DNA of 64,000 bases, from contig OZ241322.1 of assembly GCA_965199715.1 (NCBI GenBank), forward strand, positions 736,001 to 800,000, given 5' to 3'. The first letter of the stretch is position 1. Every line of letters begins with the position of its first letter. The notes beneath the pieces were generated by a model that worked only from the letters and a program-made list of their open reading frames with translations, did not search any database and had not been told where the DNA came from. This DNA is from Vicinamibacteria bacterium. GTDB taxonomy: Bacteria > Acidobacteriota > Vicinamibacteria > Marinacidobacterales > Marinacidobacteraceae. A program made the translations under genes and the position numbers. This document shows positions 48,967-58,266 of the stretch, in pieces.

Positions 48967-49694
48967 CGGCGCCGGTCCTCGAACTCCGCGGCGTCGGCAA
49001 GGACTTCGTCGGCGCGCCCGCGCTGCGGGGGGTCAGCCTCGCGGTGGGGGAGGGCGAACTCGTCGCGCTCATCGGGCCCTCGGGATCGGGCAAGAGCACG
49101 TTGATCCGCTGCTGCAACCGGCTCGCCGAACCGGACGCCGGCGAGATCTTCTTCGAGGGGCGGCCGGCCCCGACCGCGGGCGCGGATCTGGCGCTGCTGC
49201 GCCGCCGGATGGGGATGGTGTTCCAGGCGTTCAACCTGTACCCGCACCTGAGCGCGCTCGGCAACGTCGCGCTCGCGCCCCGCCACGCCGCGGGGCTTCC
49301 GGCCCGGGAGGCGGAGCGGCTCGCGCGGGAAGCGCTCGACCGAGTCGGGCTCGCGGATCGCGCCGACGCGCGGCCGGACGAGCTTTCCGGCGGGCAGCAG
49401 CAGCGGGTCGCGATCGCGCGGGCGCTCGCGCTGAAGCCGCGCCTGCTGCTGCTCGACGAGCCGACGAGCGCGCTCGACCCGGAGCTCGTGGGGAGCGTGC
49501 TCCGGGTGATCCAGTCGCTGAAGCGCGACGGCGTCGCGATGCTCATCGCCACGCACGAGATCGGGTTCGCCCGCGAGGCCGCCGACCGGATCGTCTTCCT
49601 CGAGGAAGGCCGGATCGCCGCGGAGGGGCCGCCGGAGACGATGCTGGACCGGCCCGAGAACGAGCGGCTGCGGGCGTTTCTCGGCCGGCTCTGA
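48963..49694 (+). CDS. Amino acid ABC transporter ATP-binding subunit (GlnQ-like)
   Basis: GPSGSGKST, LSGGQQQRVAIARAL, DEPTSALDPE. Confidence 0.92.
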   Translation: MTAPVLELRGVGKDFVGAPALRGVSLAVGEGELVALIGPSGSGKSTLIRCCNRLAEPDAGEIFFEGRPAPTAGADLALLRRRMGMVFQAFNLYPHLSALGNVALAPRHAAGLPAREAERLAREALDRVGLADRADARPDELSGGQQQRVAIARALALKPRLLLLDEPTSALDPELVGSVLRVIQSLKRDGVAMLIATHEIGFAREAADRIVFLEEGRIAAEGPPETMLDRPENERLRAFLGRL

Positions 49695-50347
49695 TGGGCG
49701 CATTCCTCGACCCCGAGGTCCTCCGGGCGGCGTGGCCGGGCGTGCGCTCGGGCCTCGGCGTCACCGCCGCGCTGGCGCTCGCGTCGATCGCCGGCGGAAC
49801 CGCGCTCGGCCTGCTGCTCGCCGTCGTCCGGGCGCGGCTGCCCCGGTTCGGCGGACTGATCGCCGGATACGCCGACGTGGGCCGCGCGATTCCGCCGCTC
49901 GTGCTGCTGGTCGTCCTCTACTTCGCCGCGCCCTTCGCCGGGATCGAGCTGAGCGGGTTCGCGGCCGCCTTCGCCGCGCTCGGACTGGTGCTCGGCGCGT
50001 CCAGCGAGGAGATCTTCTGGGCGGGGATCGCGTCGGTGGACCGGGGCCAGTGGGAAGCGGCGCTCGCGACCGGCCTCGGCCGGGGCCGGGCGCTGCGCCT
50101 CGTCGTGCTTCCCCAGGCGATCCGGCTGACGATCCCCCCGCTCACGAATCGGGCCATCGCGACCGGCAAGAACACGGCGCTCGCGTCGGTCGTCGCCGTT
50201 CCCGAAGTGCTGAGCCAGGCGACGAGCGTCCAGGCCCAGACCGCGAGTCCGGCCCCGCTGCTGCTGGCGGCCGCCGTGTACCTGGTCCTCTTCCTGCCGC
50301 TGGTGCGCTTCGGGCGCTGGCTCGAGACCCGGTTCCCCTCGCCGTGA
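49694..50347 (+). CDS. Amino acid ABC transporter permease
   Basis: RAIPPLV, GQWEAA, VLPQAIR, KNTAL. Confidence 0.9.
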   Translation: MGAFLDPEVLRAAWPGVRSGLGVTAALALASIAGGTALGLLLAVVRARLPRFGGLIAGYADVGRAIPPLVLLVVLYFAAPFAGIELSGFAAAFAALGLVLGASSEEIFWAGIASVDRGQWEAALATGLGRGRALRLVVLPQAIRLTIPPLTNRAIATGKNTALASVVAVPEVLSQATSVQAQTASPAPLLLAAAVYLVLFLPLVRFGRWLETRFPSP

Positions 50348-51015
50348 CCGAGTTCGTCGAGACGTTCCTGAACCCCGGGGTGATGGGGGAGAGCGCCGGG
50401 CTGCTGCTGCGGGGCCTCGTCGTGACGGTCGAGGCGTGCCTGATCGCGATCCCGGGGGGGCTTGCGTTCGGCGGCGCGCTCGCGGCGGCCGCGACGCTCG
50501 CGCCCCGGGGGCCGGGGCTCGTCCTGTCGTGGTGGGTGGACCTGGTGCGGGCGTTCCCGCCGCTCGTGCTGCTCGTGCTGATCGTCCACGGGCTGCCGTT
50601 CGTCGGGATCGAGCCGCCCCCGCTCGTAGGCGTCGGGATCGCGCTCACGATCAACACCTCGGCCTACTACGGCGAGATCCTGCGCGCCGGGATCCAGAGC
50701 GTGGGGCCGGCCCAGTGGGAGGCGGCGCGGTCCACCGGCCTCACGACGCTGCCGACGCTGCGGCGCGTCGTGCTCCCGCAGGCGGTCCGCAACGTGCTCC
50801 CCGACCTCGTCGGCAACACGCTGGAAGCGGTGAAGCTGACCTCGCTCGCGAGCGTGGTCGCGCTGCCGGACCTGTTGCGGATGGCCCGGATCGCGCAGGG
50901 AGTCCACTTCAACCCCTCGCCGCTGATTCTCGCCGCCGCGCTCTATCTCGCGCTGGCGTGGCCGCTGGTGCGGCTGATGCGCCGCCTCGGCGGGCGGGCG
51001 ACGCTGCCGGCGTAG
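50344..51015 (+). CDS. Amino acid ABC transporter permease
   Basis: RAFPPLV, EILRAGI, QWEAARS, LPQAVR. Confidence 0.9.
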   Translation: MTEFVETFLNPGVMGESAGLLLRGLVVTVEACLIAIPGGLAFGGALAAAATLAPRGPGLVLSWWVDLVRAFPPLVLLVLIVHGLPFVGIEPPPLVGVGIALTINTSAYYGEILRAGIQSVGPAQWEAARSTGLTTLPTLRRVVLPQAVRNVLPDLVGNTLEAVKLTSLASVVALPDLLRMARIAQGVHFNPSPLILAAALYLALAWPLVRLMRRLGGRATLPA

Positions 51016-51933
51016 CTACTCGGGCGGAACCGGCGCGGTTCGTTCGACGATGAGGCCGTAGTGCTCGACCCGCCGGTGGCGGGCGAAGTCGAACACGTGC
51101 TTCTTGTTGTGCGTCCCGAGGTCGAGGTCGGCGTCGGCGATCACCAGCTCGTCGGCTTCGGTACGTCCCCGGGCGACGATCTCGCCGTTCGGCGACACGA
51201 CGACGGAGCCGCCGATGAGCTGCTGGCCGTCCTCGACGCCGGCCTTCGCCGACGCGACGACCCACGTGGCGTTCTGGTAGGCGCCCGCCTGCAGCGAGAG
51301 CAGGTGGTGGAACATCCGCAGGTGCGGGGACTCCCGGTGGTGGATGTTCACCTCCGGGGTGTTGTAGCCGAGCATCGCCAGCTCGACTCCCTGCAGCCCG
51401 AGCACCCGCCAGGTCTCGGGCCAGCGACGGTCGTTGCAGATGCACATGCCGACGACCCCGCCGAACGCCCGCCAGACCGGGAACCCGAGGTCCCCCACGT
51501 CGAAGTAGCGCTTCTCGAGGTGCTGGAAGGGCACGCCGGAAAGCGGCTCGGAGTGCCCGGGAAGGTGCACCTTGCGGTACTTGCCGACGATCGCGCCCGA
51601 GGCGTCCACGAGGATCGCCGCGTTGAACCGGCGCGCCCCGTCCCGCTCGGCGTACCCGAGGTGGAACCCGACCCCGAGCCGCCGCGCCGCCTCGAAGAGC
51701 GGCCGGGTGTGGGGCCCGGGCATCGCGGCCTCGAACCAGCGGTCGCGCTCCGAGTCCGTGAGGACGTAACGGGGGAAGAAGGTCGTGAGCGCGAGCTCGG
51801 GGAAGACGACGAGGCCGCACCCGGCGGCGGCGGCGTTCTCCAGCAGGGCGAGGAGCCGTTCGACGACCTCGGCGCGTGAGTGGGTCGGCTGGATGGGACC
51901 GAGCTGGGCGGCGGCGACCCGGACGACGCGCAT
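51016..51933 (-). CDS. N-carbamoyl-D-amino-acid hydrolase (nitrilase superfamily)
   Basis: AQLGPI, FPELALTTFFPR, YRKVHLPGH, FQHLEKRYF, ICNDRRWPE, GYNTP. Confidence 0.92.
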   Translation of the reverse strand: MRVVRVAAAQLGPIQPTHSRAEVVERLLALLENAAAAGCGLVVFPELALTTFFPRYVLTDSERDRWFEAAMPGPHTRPLFEAARRLGVGFHLGYAERDGARRFNAAILVDASGAIVGKYRKVHLPGHSEPLSGVPFQHLEKRYFDVGDLGFPVWRAFGGVVGMCICNDRRWPETWRVLGLQGVELAMLGYNTPEVNIHHRESPHLRMFHHLLSLQAGAYQNATWVVASAKAGVEDGQQLIGGSVVVSPNGEIVARGRTEADELVIADADLDLGTHNKKHVFDFARHRRVEHYGLIVERTAPVPPE

Positions 51934-51961
51934 GGTCAGTTGTTCAGCATTAGCGAGAAAC

Positions 51962-51988
51962 GTTGAATAGCGCGCTACGCTATTCAAC
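51962..51988. promoter_or_regulatory. Perfect palindrome GTTGAATAGCG-N5-CGCTATTCAAC next to TTGACA (51994-51999), likely operator
   Basis: 11-bp perfect arms in the AT-rich divergent intergenic region upstream of fic. Confidence 0.6.
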
Positions 51989-52091
51989 TGAGCTTGACAA
52001 GCGGCTTCGCCAAGGACTCTTGTTCAGCGTTTCCGCGGAAGTGTTCATGACAATGACCGTCATCCACCCCATCGCATAAGGAGTTTCTCCC

Positions 52092-53327
52092 GTGGCCGAA
52101 CGCGAGACGGGACGATACCGCAGCTCAATCGCCGGCAGCGAGACCGTGCGCGCGTTCGTTCCGCATCCGCTCCCGCCGCGGCCGCCGCTGGATCTCGCGG
52201 CGCTGCAGTCCCGGCAGGAAGCCGCGCTTCTCGCTGTCGGACGTTTGGACAGCATCTCGACCTTCCTGCCGGACACGCGCCTGTTCCTCCACGCCTACAT
52301 CCGAAAGGAAGCGGTTCTTTCGTCACAGATCGAAGGGACGCAGTCCTCGCTGTCGGATCTGCTGCTCTTCGAATTGGATCACGTGCCAGCGGTTCCCGCG
52401 GGCGACGTGCAGGAGGTCTCCAACCACGTGGGGGCCCTCCAACACGGGCTGCGCCGGCTCCGCGAGGGCTTCCCGCTCTCCAACCGCCTGATCAGGGAAA
52501 TCCACGGCCTCTTGCTGCGGAGCGGCCGAGGCGCCGACAAGACCCCGGGCGAGTTTCGGCGCACCCAGAACTGGATCGGCGGCCGCAGGCCCGGAACGGC
52601 GCGATTCGTTCCGCCGCCCGCCCCCGACGTCGAAGATTGCATGTCCCACCTGGAGGGGTTCCTCCACGCAGAGGGCGCCGGCCTCCCACTGCTGCTGCGC
52701 GCCGGCCTCGTGCACGTCCAGTTCGAGACGATCCACCCCTTCCTCGACGGCAACGGTCGAGTCGGCCGCCTGCTGATCGCCCTCATGCTCCACGAGGGCA
52801 AGGCGCTGCGCGAGCCCCTGCTTCACTTGAGCCTGTGGTTCAAGCGGCATCGGGAGGAGTACTACGCACTCCTTGACCGCGTCCGGAAGACCGGGGACTG
52901 GGAGACGTGGCTGGAGTTCTTTCTTGAGGGGGTCGCCGAAACCGCCGAACGCGCCGTGGAGACCGCCCGGCGGCTACAGTCGCTGTTCCTTGATGATCGG
53001 GAGCGGCTCCGACAGGTCGGCCGAAGATCGGCGTCGGCGCTGCGGGTACACCGAATCCTCCAGGAACGCCTGATGACGTCGGCGCCGCAGGCCGCAGCGC
53101 ACACGGGACTGTCCTACCCCGCCGCCGCCGCCGGCCTGCGCGAGCTCCTGCGACTGGAGATCGTGAGCGAGTGGACCGGGCGGAAGCGGAATCGCGTATT
53201 CGGCCATGACAAGGGCCTCGAGGCGCTCATGGAAGGCGCCGACCAGACGGCCATCCCAGTCCAGGCCCGCGACTCGTCGCGCGGCCCCCGCCACTCGCCG
53301 TCGTCGGGCAAGACGACCGGGCGGTAG
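52092..53327 (+). CDS. Fic family protein with N-terminal inhibitory motif and C-terminal wHTH
   Basis: KEAVLSSQIEG, GEFRRTQNWIG, HPFLDGNGRVGR. Confidence 0.92.
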   Translation: MAERETGRYRSSIAGSETVRAFVPHPLPPRPPLDLAALQSRQEAALLAVGRLDSISTFLPDTRLFLHAYIRKEAVLSSQIEGTQSSLSDLLLFELDHVPAVPAGDVQEVSNHVGALQHGLRRLREGFPLSNRLIREIHGLLLRSGRGADKTPGEFRRTQNWIGGRRPGTARFVPPPAPDVEDCMSHLEGFLHAEGAGLPLLLRAGLVHVQFETIHPFLDGNGRVGRLLIALMLHEGKALREPLLHLSLWFKRHREEYYALLDRVRKTGDWETWLEFFLEGVAETAERAVETARRLQSLFLDDRERLRQVGRRSASALRVHRILQERLMTSAPQAAAHTGLSYPAAAAGLRELLRLEIVSEWTGRKRNRVFGHDKGLEALMEGADQTAIPVQARDSSRGPRHSPSSGKTTGR

Positions 53328-53545
53328 CGATACCGCGCCCGCGGCGGCAATTCGACGCCGTTCTCGGGTCCGAAGCGCCGCGCGAACACTTCGGACGGCA
53401 GAGGCTGGAGCTCGCTCCTCGTCCGCCGCCCCCGAATGAGTCGCAGCACCACTTCCTCGATCGGGGCGCGAGCGCGCCGCGACTCCCGCCGCAACCACCC
53501 CTGATCCTCCGCGCCGAGGTTCCGGATTCGGATCGCGCCACCCAT
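53114..53545 (-). CDS. FitA-like ribbon-helix-helix antitoxin (orphan; frame reads on into the fic 3' end)
   Basis: AIRIRNL....WLRR......IEE....LI....RFGPENGVEL resembles FitA/plasmid-stability proteins. Confidence 0.6.
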   Translation of the reverse strand: MGGAIRIRNLGAEDQGWLRRESRRARAPIEEVVLRLIRGRRTRSELQPLPSEVFARRFGPENGVELPPRARYRYRPVVLPDDGEWRGPRDESRAWTGMAVWSAPSMSASRPLSWPNTRFRFRPVHSLTISSRRSSRRPAAAAG

Positions 53546-53588
53546 CGCCGCCATGCTGCTCCTCCCCCGCCTTCGCCATAATCGCCCC

Positions 53589-55235
53589 GTGCGCCCCCTC
53601 CTCCCCCTCGCCCTGACCGCCCTCGCCGGCTGCGCCGCCCCGGCTCCCGAGCCGGCGCCGCCCAACTTCCTCGTGCTCATGGCCGACGACCTCGGCTACA
53701 CCGACATCGGGGCCTTCGGCGGGGAGATCCGCACGCCCGAGCTCGACCGGCTGGCCGCCGCCGGCACCCGGTTCACGAGCTTCTACACCGCCGCCACGTG
53801 CTCTCCGACGCGCGCGATGCTGCTGTCCGGCGTGGACCACCACCGGGCCGGCCTGGGCGGCATGGCCTCGCTGATGGGCGACGACCTCGAGGGCCGGATC
53901 GGGTACGAGGGCTATCTGAACGAACACGTCCACCACCTGCCGGCGCTGATGCGCGACGCGGGCTACCACACCTCCATCGCCGGCAAGTGGCACCTCGGCC
54001 AGGCCGACGACCAGAGCCCGCCGACCCGCGGATTCGACCGCTCGTTCGTGCTCCTCACCGGCGCCGCGAGCCACTTCGAGGACGCCGCCCCGGTGGATTC
54101 GTTCGACCCGATCCGCTACCGCCGGGACGGCGAGGTCGTCCCGCTTCCCGAGGGCTTCTACTCCACCCGCGCCTACACCGACGAGATCATCGGCTCCATC
54201 CGCGAAGCGTCCGAGGCGGGCAAGCCGTTCTTCGCGCTCGGCGCCTACACCGCCCCGCACTGGCCGCTGCAGGTTCCCGACGAGTTCCTGGACCTCTACG
54301 CCGGCGCCTACGACGACGGCTGGGAGGCGCTCGTCGAGCGGCGCGTCGCCGGGGCGCGGCGGACGGGCGTGATCCCCGAGACCGCCGTCGCTCCGCCGCT
54401 GCCCGACTACGCCCGGCGCTGGGACGACCTCGATCCCGACCAGCAGCGCGTCGAGGCCCGCAAGATGGAGCTCTACGCGGCGATGGTCGAGCGCCTCGAC
54501 CACCACGTCGGTCGGCTGATGGACGCGCTGCGGGAGATGGGGCTCTACGAGAACACCATCATCCTCTTCTTCTCGGACAACGGCGCCTCGGGCGCGAACG
54601 TGCTGGAACTCGCCGACAACGCGACCTTCGTCCCCGAGAACTTCGACCTCTCCTACGAGCGGATGGGCCGGATGAGCTCGTTCGCGTTCACCGGGCCCGA
54701 GTGGGCGCACGCCTCCACCGCCCCGTTCCGCCTCTTCAAGCAGTTCGTGTACGAGGGCGGCGTCCGGGTGCCGGCCTTCGCGGTGCTGCCCGAAGGCATG
54801 ACCGATCGCCTGCCCGGCGCGACCAGCGGGGCGTTCGTCCACGTGACCGACCTGTTCCCCACCTTCCTCGAGCTCGCCGGCGCCGCCGAACCCACCTTGG
54901 AGCGCATCGCGCCCACCGGGCGCTCGCTCGTTCCGCTCCTCGCCGGCGCGGCCGAGCGGGTCCACGACGAGATCGCCTTCGGCTGGGAGATCTTCGGACG
55001 CCGGGCGATCCGCCGGGGGCCGTGGAAGGCCAACTGGATGGCCCCGCCGATGGGCGAGGGCGCCTGGCGCCTCTACAACCTCGACGAGGACCCCGGCGAG
55101 CTCACGGACCTGGCCGCCGAGCGGCCCGAGGTCCTCGAGGAAGTCCTCGCCGAGTGGGACCGCTACGTCGAATCCGCCGGAGTCATCGTCACCGACGAGG
55201 ATCGCGGCTTCGGCCGCCCGGTCCCGATCCGCTAG
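53589..55235 (+). CDS. Arylsulfatase (lipoprotein)
   Basis: LAGC lipobox; PNFLVLMADDLG, CSPTRA.LLSG, GKWHLG, YTAPHWPLQ, SDNG. Confidence 0.92.
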   Translation: MRPLLPLALTALAGCAAPAPEPAPPNFLVLMADDLGYTDIGAFGGEIRTPELDRLAAAGTRFTSFYTAATCSPTRAMLLSGVDHHRAGLGGMASLMGDDLEGRIGYEGYLNEHVHHLPALMRDAGYHTSIAGKWHLGQADDQSPPTRGFDRSFVLLTGAASHFEDAAPVDSFDPIRYRRDGEVVPLPEGFYSTRAYTDEIIGSIREASEAGKPFFALGAYTAPHWPLQVPDEFLDLYAGAYDDGWEALVERRVAGARRTGVIPETAVAPPLPDYARRWDDLDPDQQRVEARKMELYAAMVERLDHHVGRLMDALREMGLYENTIILFFSDNGASGANVLELADNATFVPENFDLSYERMGRMSSFAFTGPEWAHASTAPFRLFKQFVYEGGVRVPAFAVLPEGMTDRLPGATSGAFVHVTDLFPTFLELAGAAEPTLERIAPTGRSLVPLLAGAAERVHDEIAFGWEIFGRRAIRRGPWKANWMAPPMGEGAWRLYNLDEDPGELTDLAAERPEVLEEVLAEWDRYVESAGVIVTDEDRGFGRPVPIR

Positions 55236-56701
55236 CGGAGGAAGTCGTCCGCGCCGAAGCGGCGGGCGAGCGCGACGGCTTCCGACGGCCGCCCGAGCGG
55301 CGCGGCGGACTCCGGCCGGCTCCGGACGAGGAACCGCCCGCCGCCGCGCTCGGCGCACGGCTCGAACGCCTCAGCGACGACCTCGCCCCGGCGCAGCACC
55401 GTCTCCGGGAACCCCTTGATCCGGCGGTCCTCGTAGGGCGAATACCCCACGTTGTCGTGGAGGTCCTCCCACCGGACCGTCACCTCGTGGTCCGGATCCC
55501 ACAGCGCGAAGTCGGCGTCGCTCCCCGGCTGGATCGCGCCCTTCGCCGGATACGCGCCGAATAGACGCGCCGGCGCCTCGCAACCGACCTCGACGAACCG
55601 CTCGAGCGAGAGCCGCCCCTTCCCCACCCCTTCGGAGAACAGCAGCGGCAGCCGCAGCTCCACCCCTGGAACCCCGTTGCAGATCTTCGTGAACGGCGGC
55701 TCGGGGCCGTGGGCGAGCTTCCCCTTGTCGTCGAAGCTGTACGGAGCGTGGTCCGAGCTGACCACGTCGAAGGTCCCGTCGGCGACCCCCTCCCACAGCG
55801 CGTCCTGGCAGGCCTCGTCCCGGGGCGCCGGGCTGCAGCAGAACTTCGCGCCCTCCATGCCCGGTCGGTCGAGGTCCTCGGCGGTCAGCAGCAGGTACTG
55901 GGGACAGGTCTCGGCGAACACCTTGAGCCCGCGCCGGCGCCCCGCCCGGATGGCCGCCGCCGCCTCCTTCGACGAGACGTGGACGACGTACACCGGGGCG
56001 TCCACGAGCTCGGCCAGATCGATGGCCCGGGCGGTCGCCTCGCTCTCGGCGAGCTGCGGATGGCCGGGGGCGTGGAACTTCGGCGCGACGTGCCCGCCTT
56101 CGACGAGCCGCCCGCTCATCCAGCCGATCATGTCGTGGTTCTCGGCGTGGACCATCGTCAGCGCCTTCAGCCGCCGCGCCGCCTCGAGCACGTCGAGGAA
56201 CTGGCGGTCGTCGAGACGCACGAGGTCATAGGTCATGTAGATCTTGAAGGACGTCACGCCCGCGGCCACGAGCTCGGGGATCTCGGTCTCGAGCGCCTCG
56301 GGAGTCGGGTCGGTGACGATCAGGTGGAACCCGTAGTCGGAGACCGCCTTCGGGCCGGCGAGCCGGTGGTAGTCGGCGACGACCTGCCGGGGCGACTCGC
56401 CCCGGCCCTGAACCGCGAACGAGATCACCGTGGTGGTGCCGCCGCACACCGCCGAGACGGTCCCCGAGTGGTAATCGTCGGCGCACATGAGTCCCATCGA
56501 GGAACGCTGCTCGATGTGGGTGTGAGCGTCCACCCCGCCGGGAAGAACAAGCCGCCCGCGGGCGGAGATCTCGCGGTCCCCGCGCCCGAGCCCGGGCCCG
56601 ACGGCCCGGATCACGCCGCCCGACACCCCGACGTCCGCGGCCCGGAGCCGCCCGCCCGAGAACACCTCGCCGCCCCTCACGACCAACTCGAACTCAGCCA
56701 T
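55232..56701 (-). CDS. hydA: Dihydropyrimidinase / D-hydantoinase
   Basis: LPGGVDAHTH, GGTTT, SFKIYMTY, VHAEN, ETCPQYL, SSDHAP, GVPGVE. Confidence 0.92.
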   Translation of the reverse strand: MAEFELVVRGGEVFSGGRLRAADVGVSGGVIRAVGPGLGRGDREISARGRLVLPGGVDAHTHIEQRSSMGLMCADDYHSGTVSAVCGGTTTVISFAVQGRGESPRQVVADYHRLAGPKAVSDYGFHLIVTDPTPEALETEIPELVAAGVTSFKIYMTYDLVRLDDRQFLDVLEAARRLKALTMVHAENHDMIGWMSGRLVEGGHVAPKFHAPGHPQLAESEATARAIDLAELVDAPVYVVHVSSKEAAAAIRAGRRRGLKVFAETCPQYLLLTAEDLDRPGMEGAKFCCSPAPRDEACQDALWEGVADGTFDVVSSDHAPYSFDDKGKLAHGPEPPFTKICNGVPGVELRLPLLFSEGVGKGRLSLERFVEVGCEAPARLFGAYPAKGAIQPGSDADFALWDPDHEVTVRWEDLHDNVGYSPYEDRRIKGFPETVLRRGEVVAEAFEPCAERGGGRFLVRSRPESAAPLGRPSEAVALARRFGADDFLR

Positions 56702-56742
56702 AGGGGCGGCGATTCTACCGGCGGCTGGCATGATGCCCGCCC

Positions 56743-58266
56743 TTGACCCGCCGCGCCCACCCCTCGATCCTCGAGCCGGGCGCGCTGCTGCTCGCGATCC
56801 CGCTCGCGCTGCTCGGCGCGGTGGTGGGGATGGAGCTGCTCACCCGCGTCGGGGTCACGCCCAACAGCTCGATCATCGGCGCGGTGCTCGCGATCGCGGT
56901 AGGGCGGATTCCGCTGGCGGCGACCCGCCGCTTCGCCTCGGTCGAGCGCCAGAACCTCCTCCAGACCGTGAGTTCGGCCGCGACGTTCGGCGGCGCCAAC
57001 GCGGTGCTCCTCCCCGCCGGGGCGGTCTGGCTCTTCGGGCGGCCCGACCTCGTCCCGGCGATGGTGCTCGGCGCGGTGCTCGGCGCGCTCCTCGACGTGA
57101 TCCTGCTGGTGCGGCTGTTCGGCACGCGGATGTTCCCCGCCGAGGGCCTCTGGCCGTCGGGCGTGGCCACCGCCGAGTGCATCCGCGCCGGCGACGAGGG
57201 CGGCGGCCGGGCGAGGCTGCTCGGGGCGGGCGCGGCCGTCGGGGCGTTCGGGCGCTGGCTCGGCGTCCCCGCCGACATCGTCGGGATCTGCTGGATCGGC
57301 AACCCGGTCGCGCTCGCGAGCTTCGCGATCGGCCTGACGCTCGCCGGCCACGCGCCGGGCTGGTTCGGCCTCGACCTCGGCGCGCTGCGCATCCCCCACG
57401 GCGTGATGATCGGGGCGGGAGCGGTCGCGCTCCTCCAGATGGGCCGGTCGCTCGCCGGGCGGAGCGGCGGCGCGAGCGCGCGGGTGTTCGTCGCCGGCTA
57501 CGTCGGGTTCGCGGCGGCCGCGGCGCTGCTCGCGGGAGTCGCCGGGATCGCGGCCGGGCTCGGTCCGCTGGGCGTGGTCGGGTTCGCCGCCTTCGGGGCG
57601 CTCGGGGCGCTCGTCTCCGAGCTGCTGGTCGGCCTCTCGGCGATGCACTGCGGCTGGGCGCCGGCGTTCACGACCGCGCTGCTGTTCCTGCTGATCGGGA
57701 TGCTGCTCGGATTTCCGCCGGTCGCGCTCGTGCTGCTGGCCGGGTTCATCTCCTCGACCGGAATCGCGTTCGCGGACACCGGCTTCGACCTCAAGGCCGG
57801 CTGGATCCTGCGCGGGAAGGGACGCGATCCCGACTACGAGACCGAGGGCCGGCTGCGCCAGCGCGCCGCCGAGATCCTCGGTCTGCTCACGGCCGCGGGG
57901 CTCGTGTTCCTGACCTACGAGCTCTACTTCGCCGCGGACCTGTTCCCGCCCTTCGACCGGGCGCTCGTGGCCACGATCGAGGCGGGCGGCGATCCGGAGC
58001 TCGCCCGCGACCTGCTGCTGTGGGCGGTTCCCGGAGCGCTCATTCAGGTCGTCGGCGGCCCTTCGCGCATGGTGGGGTTCCTGTTCGCCACCGGCCTGCT
58101 CATCAGCAGCCCCGCGGCGGGATGGACGGCGCTCGCGGCGCTCGCGCTCCGGCCGGTCGCGAGGCGGCGGCTCGGCGCCGACCTACCCGTCGTCGCCGGC
58201 GGCCTCATCGCCGGAAGCGCGGTCTTCTCGTTCTTCTCCGGCACTGCGGCGAGACTCTTCCGATGA
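56743..58266 (+). CDS. OPT/YSL-type oligopeptide transporter family protein
   Basis: GVTPNSSIIGA, QNLLQT..SAATF, WPSGVATAE, AMHCGW.PAF, FADTGFDLKAG. Confidence 0.8.
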   Translation: MTRRAHPSILEPGALLLAIPLALLGAVVGMELLTRVGVTPNSSIIGAVLAIAVGRIPLAATRRFASVERQNLLQTVSSAATFGGANAVLLPAGAVWLFGRPDLVPAMVLGAVLGALLDVILLVRLFGTRMFPAEGLWPSGVATAECIRAGDEGGGRARLLGAGAAVGAFGRWLGVPADIVGICWIGNPVALASFAIGLTLAGHAPGWFGLDLGALRIPHGVMIGAGAVALLQMGRSLAGRSGGASARVFVAGYVGFAAAAALLAGVAGIAAGLGPLGVVGFAAFGALGALVSELLVGLSAMHCGWAPAFTTALLFLLIGMLLGFPPVALVLLAGFISSTGIAFADTGFDLKAGWILRGKGRDPDYETEGRLRQRAAEILGLLTAAGLVFLTYELYFAADLFPPFDRALVATIEAGGDPELARDLLLWAVPGALIQVVGGPSRMVGFLFATGLLISSPAAGWTALAALALRPVARRRLGADLPVVAGGLIAGSAVFSFFSGTAARLFR

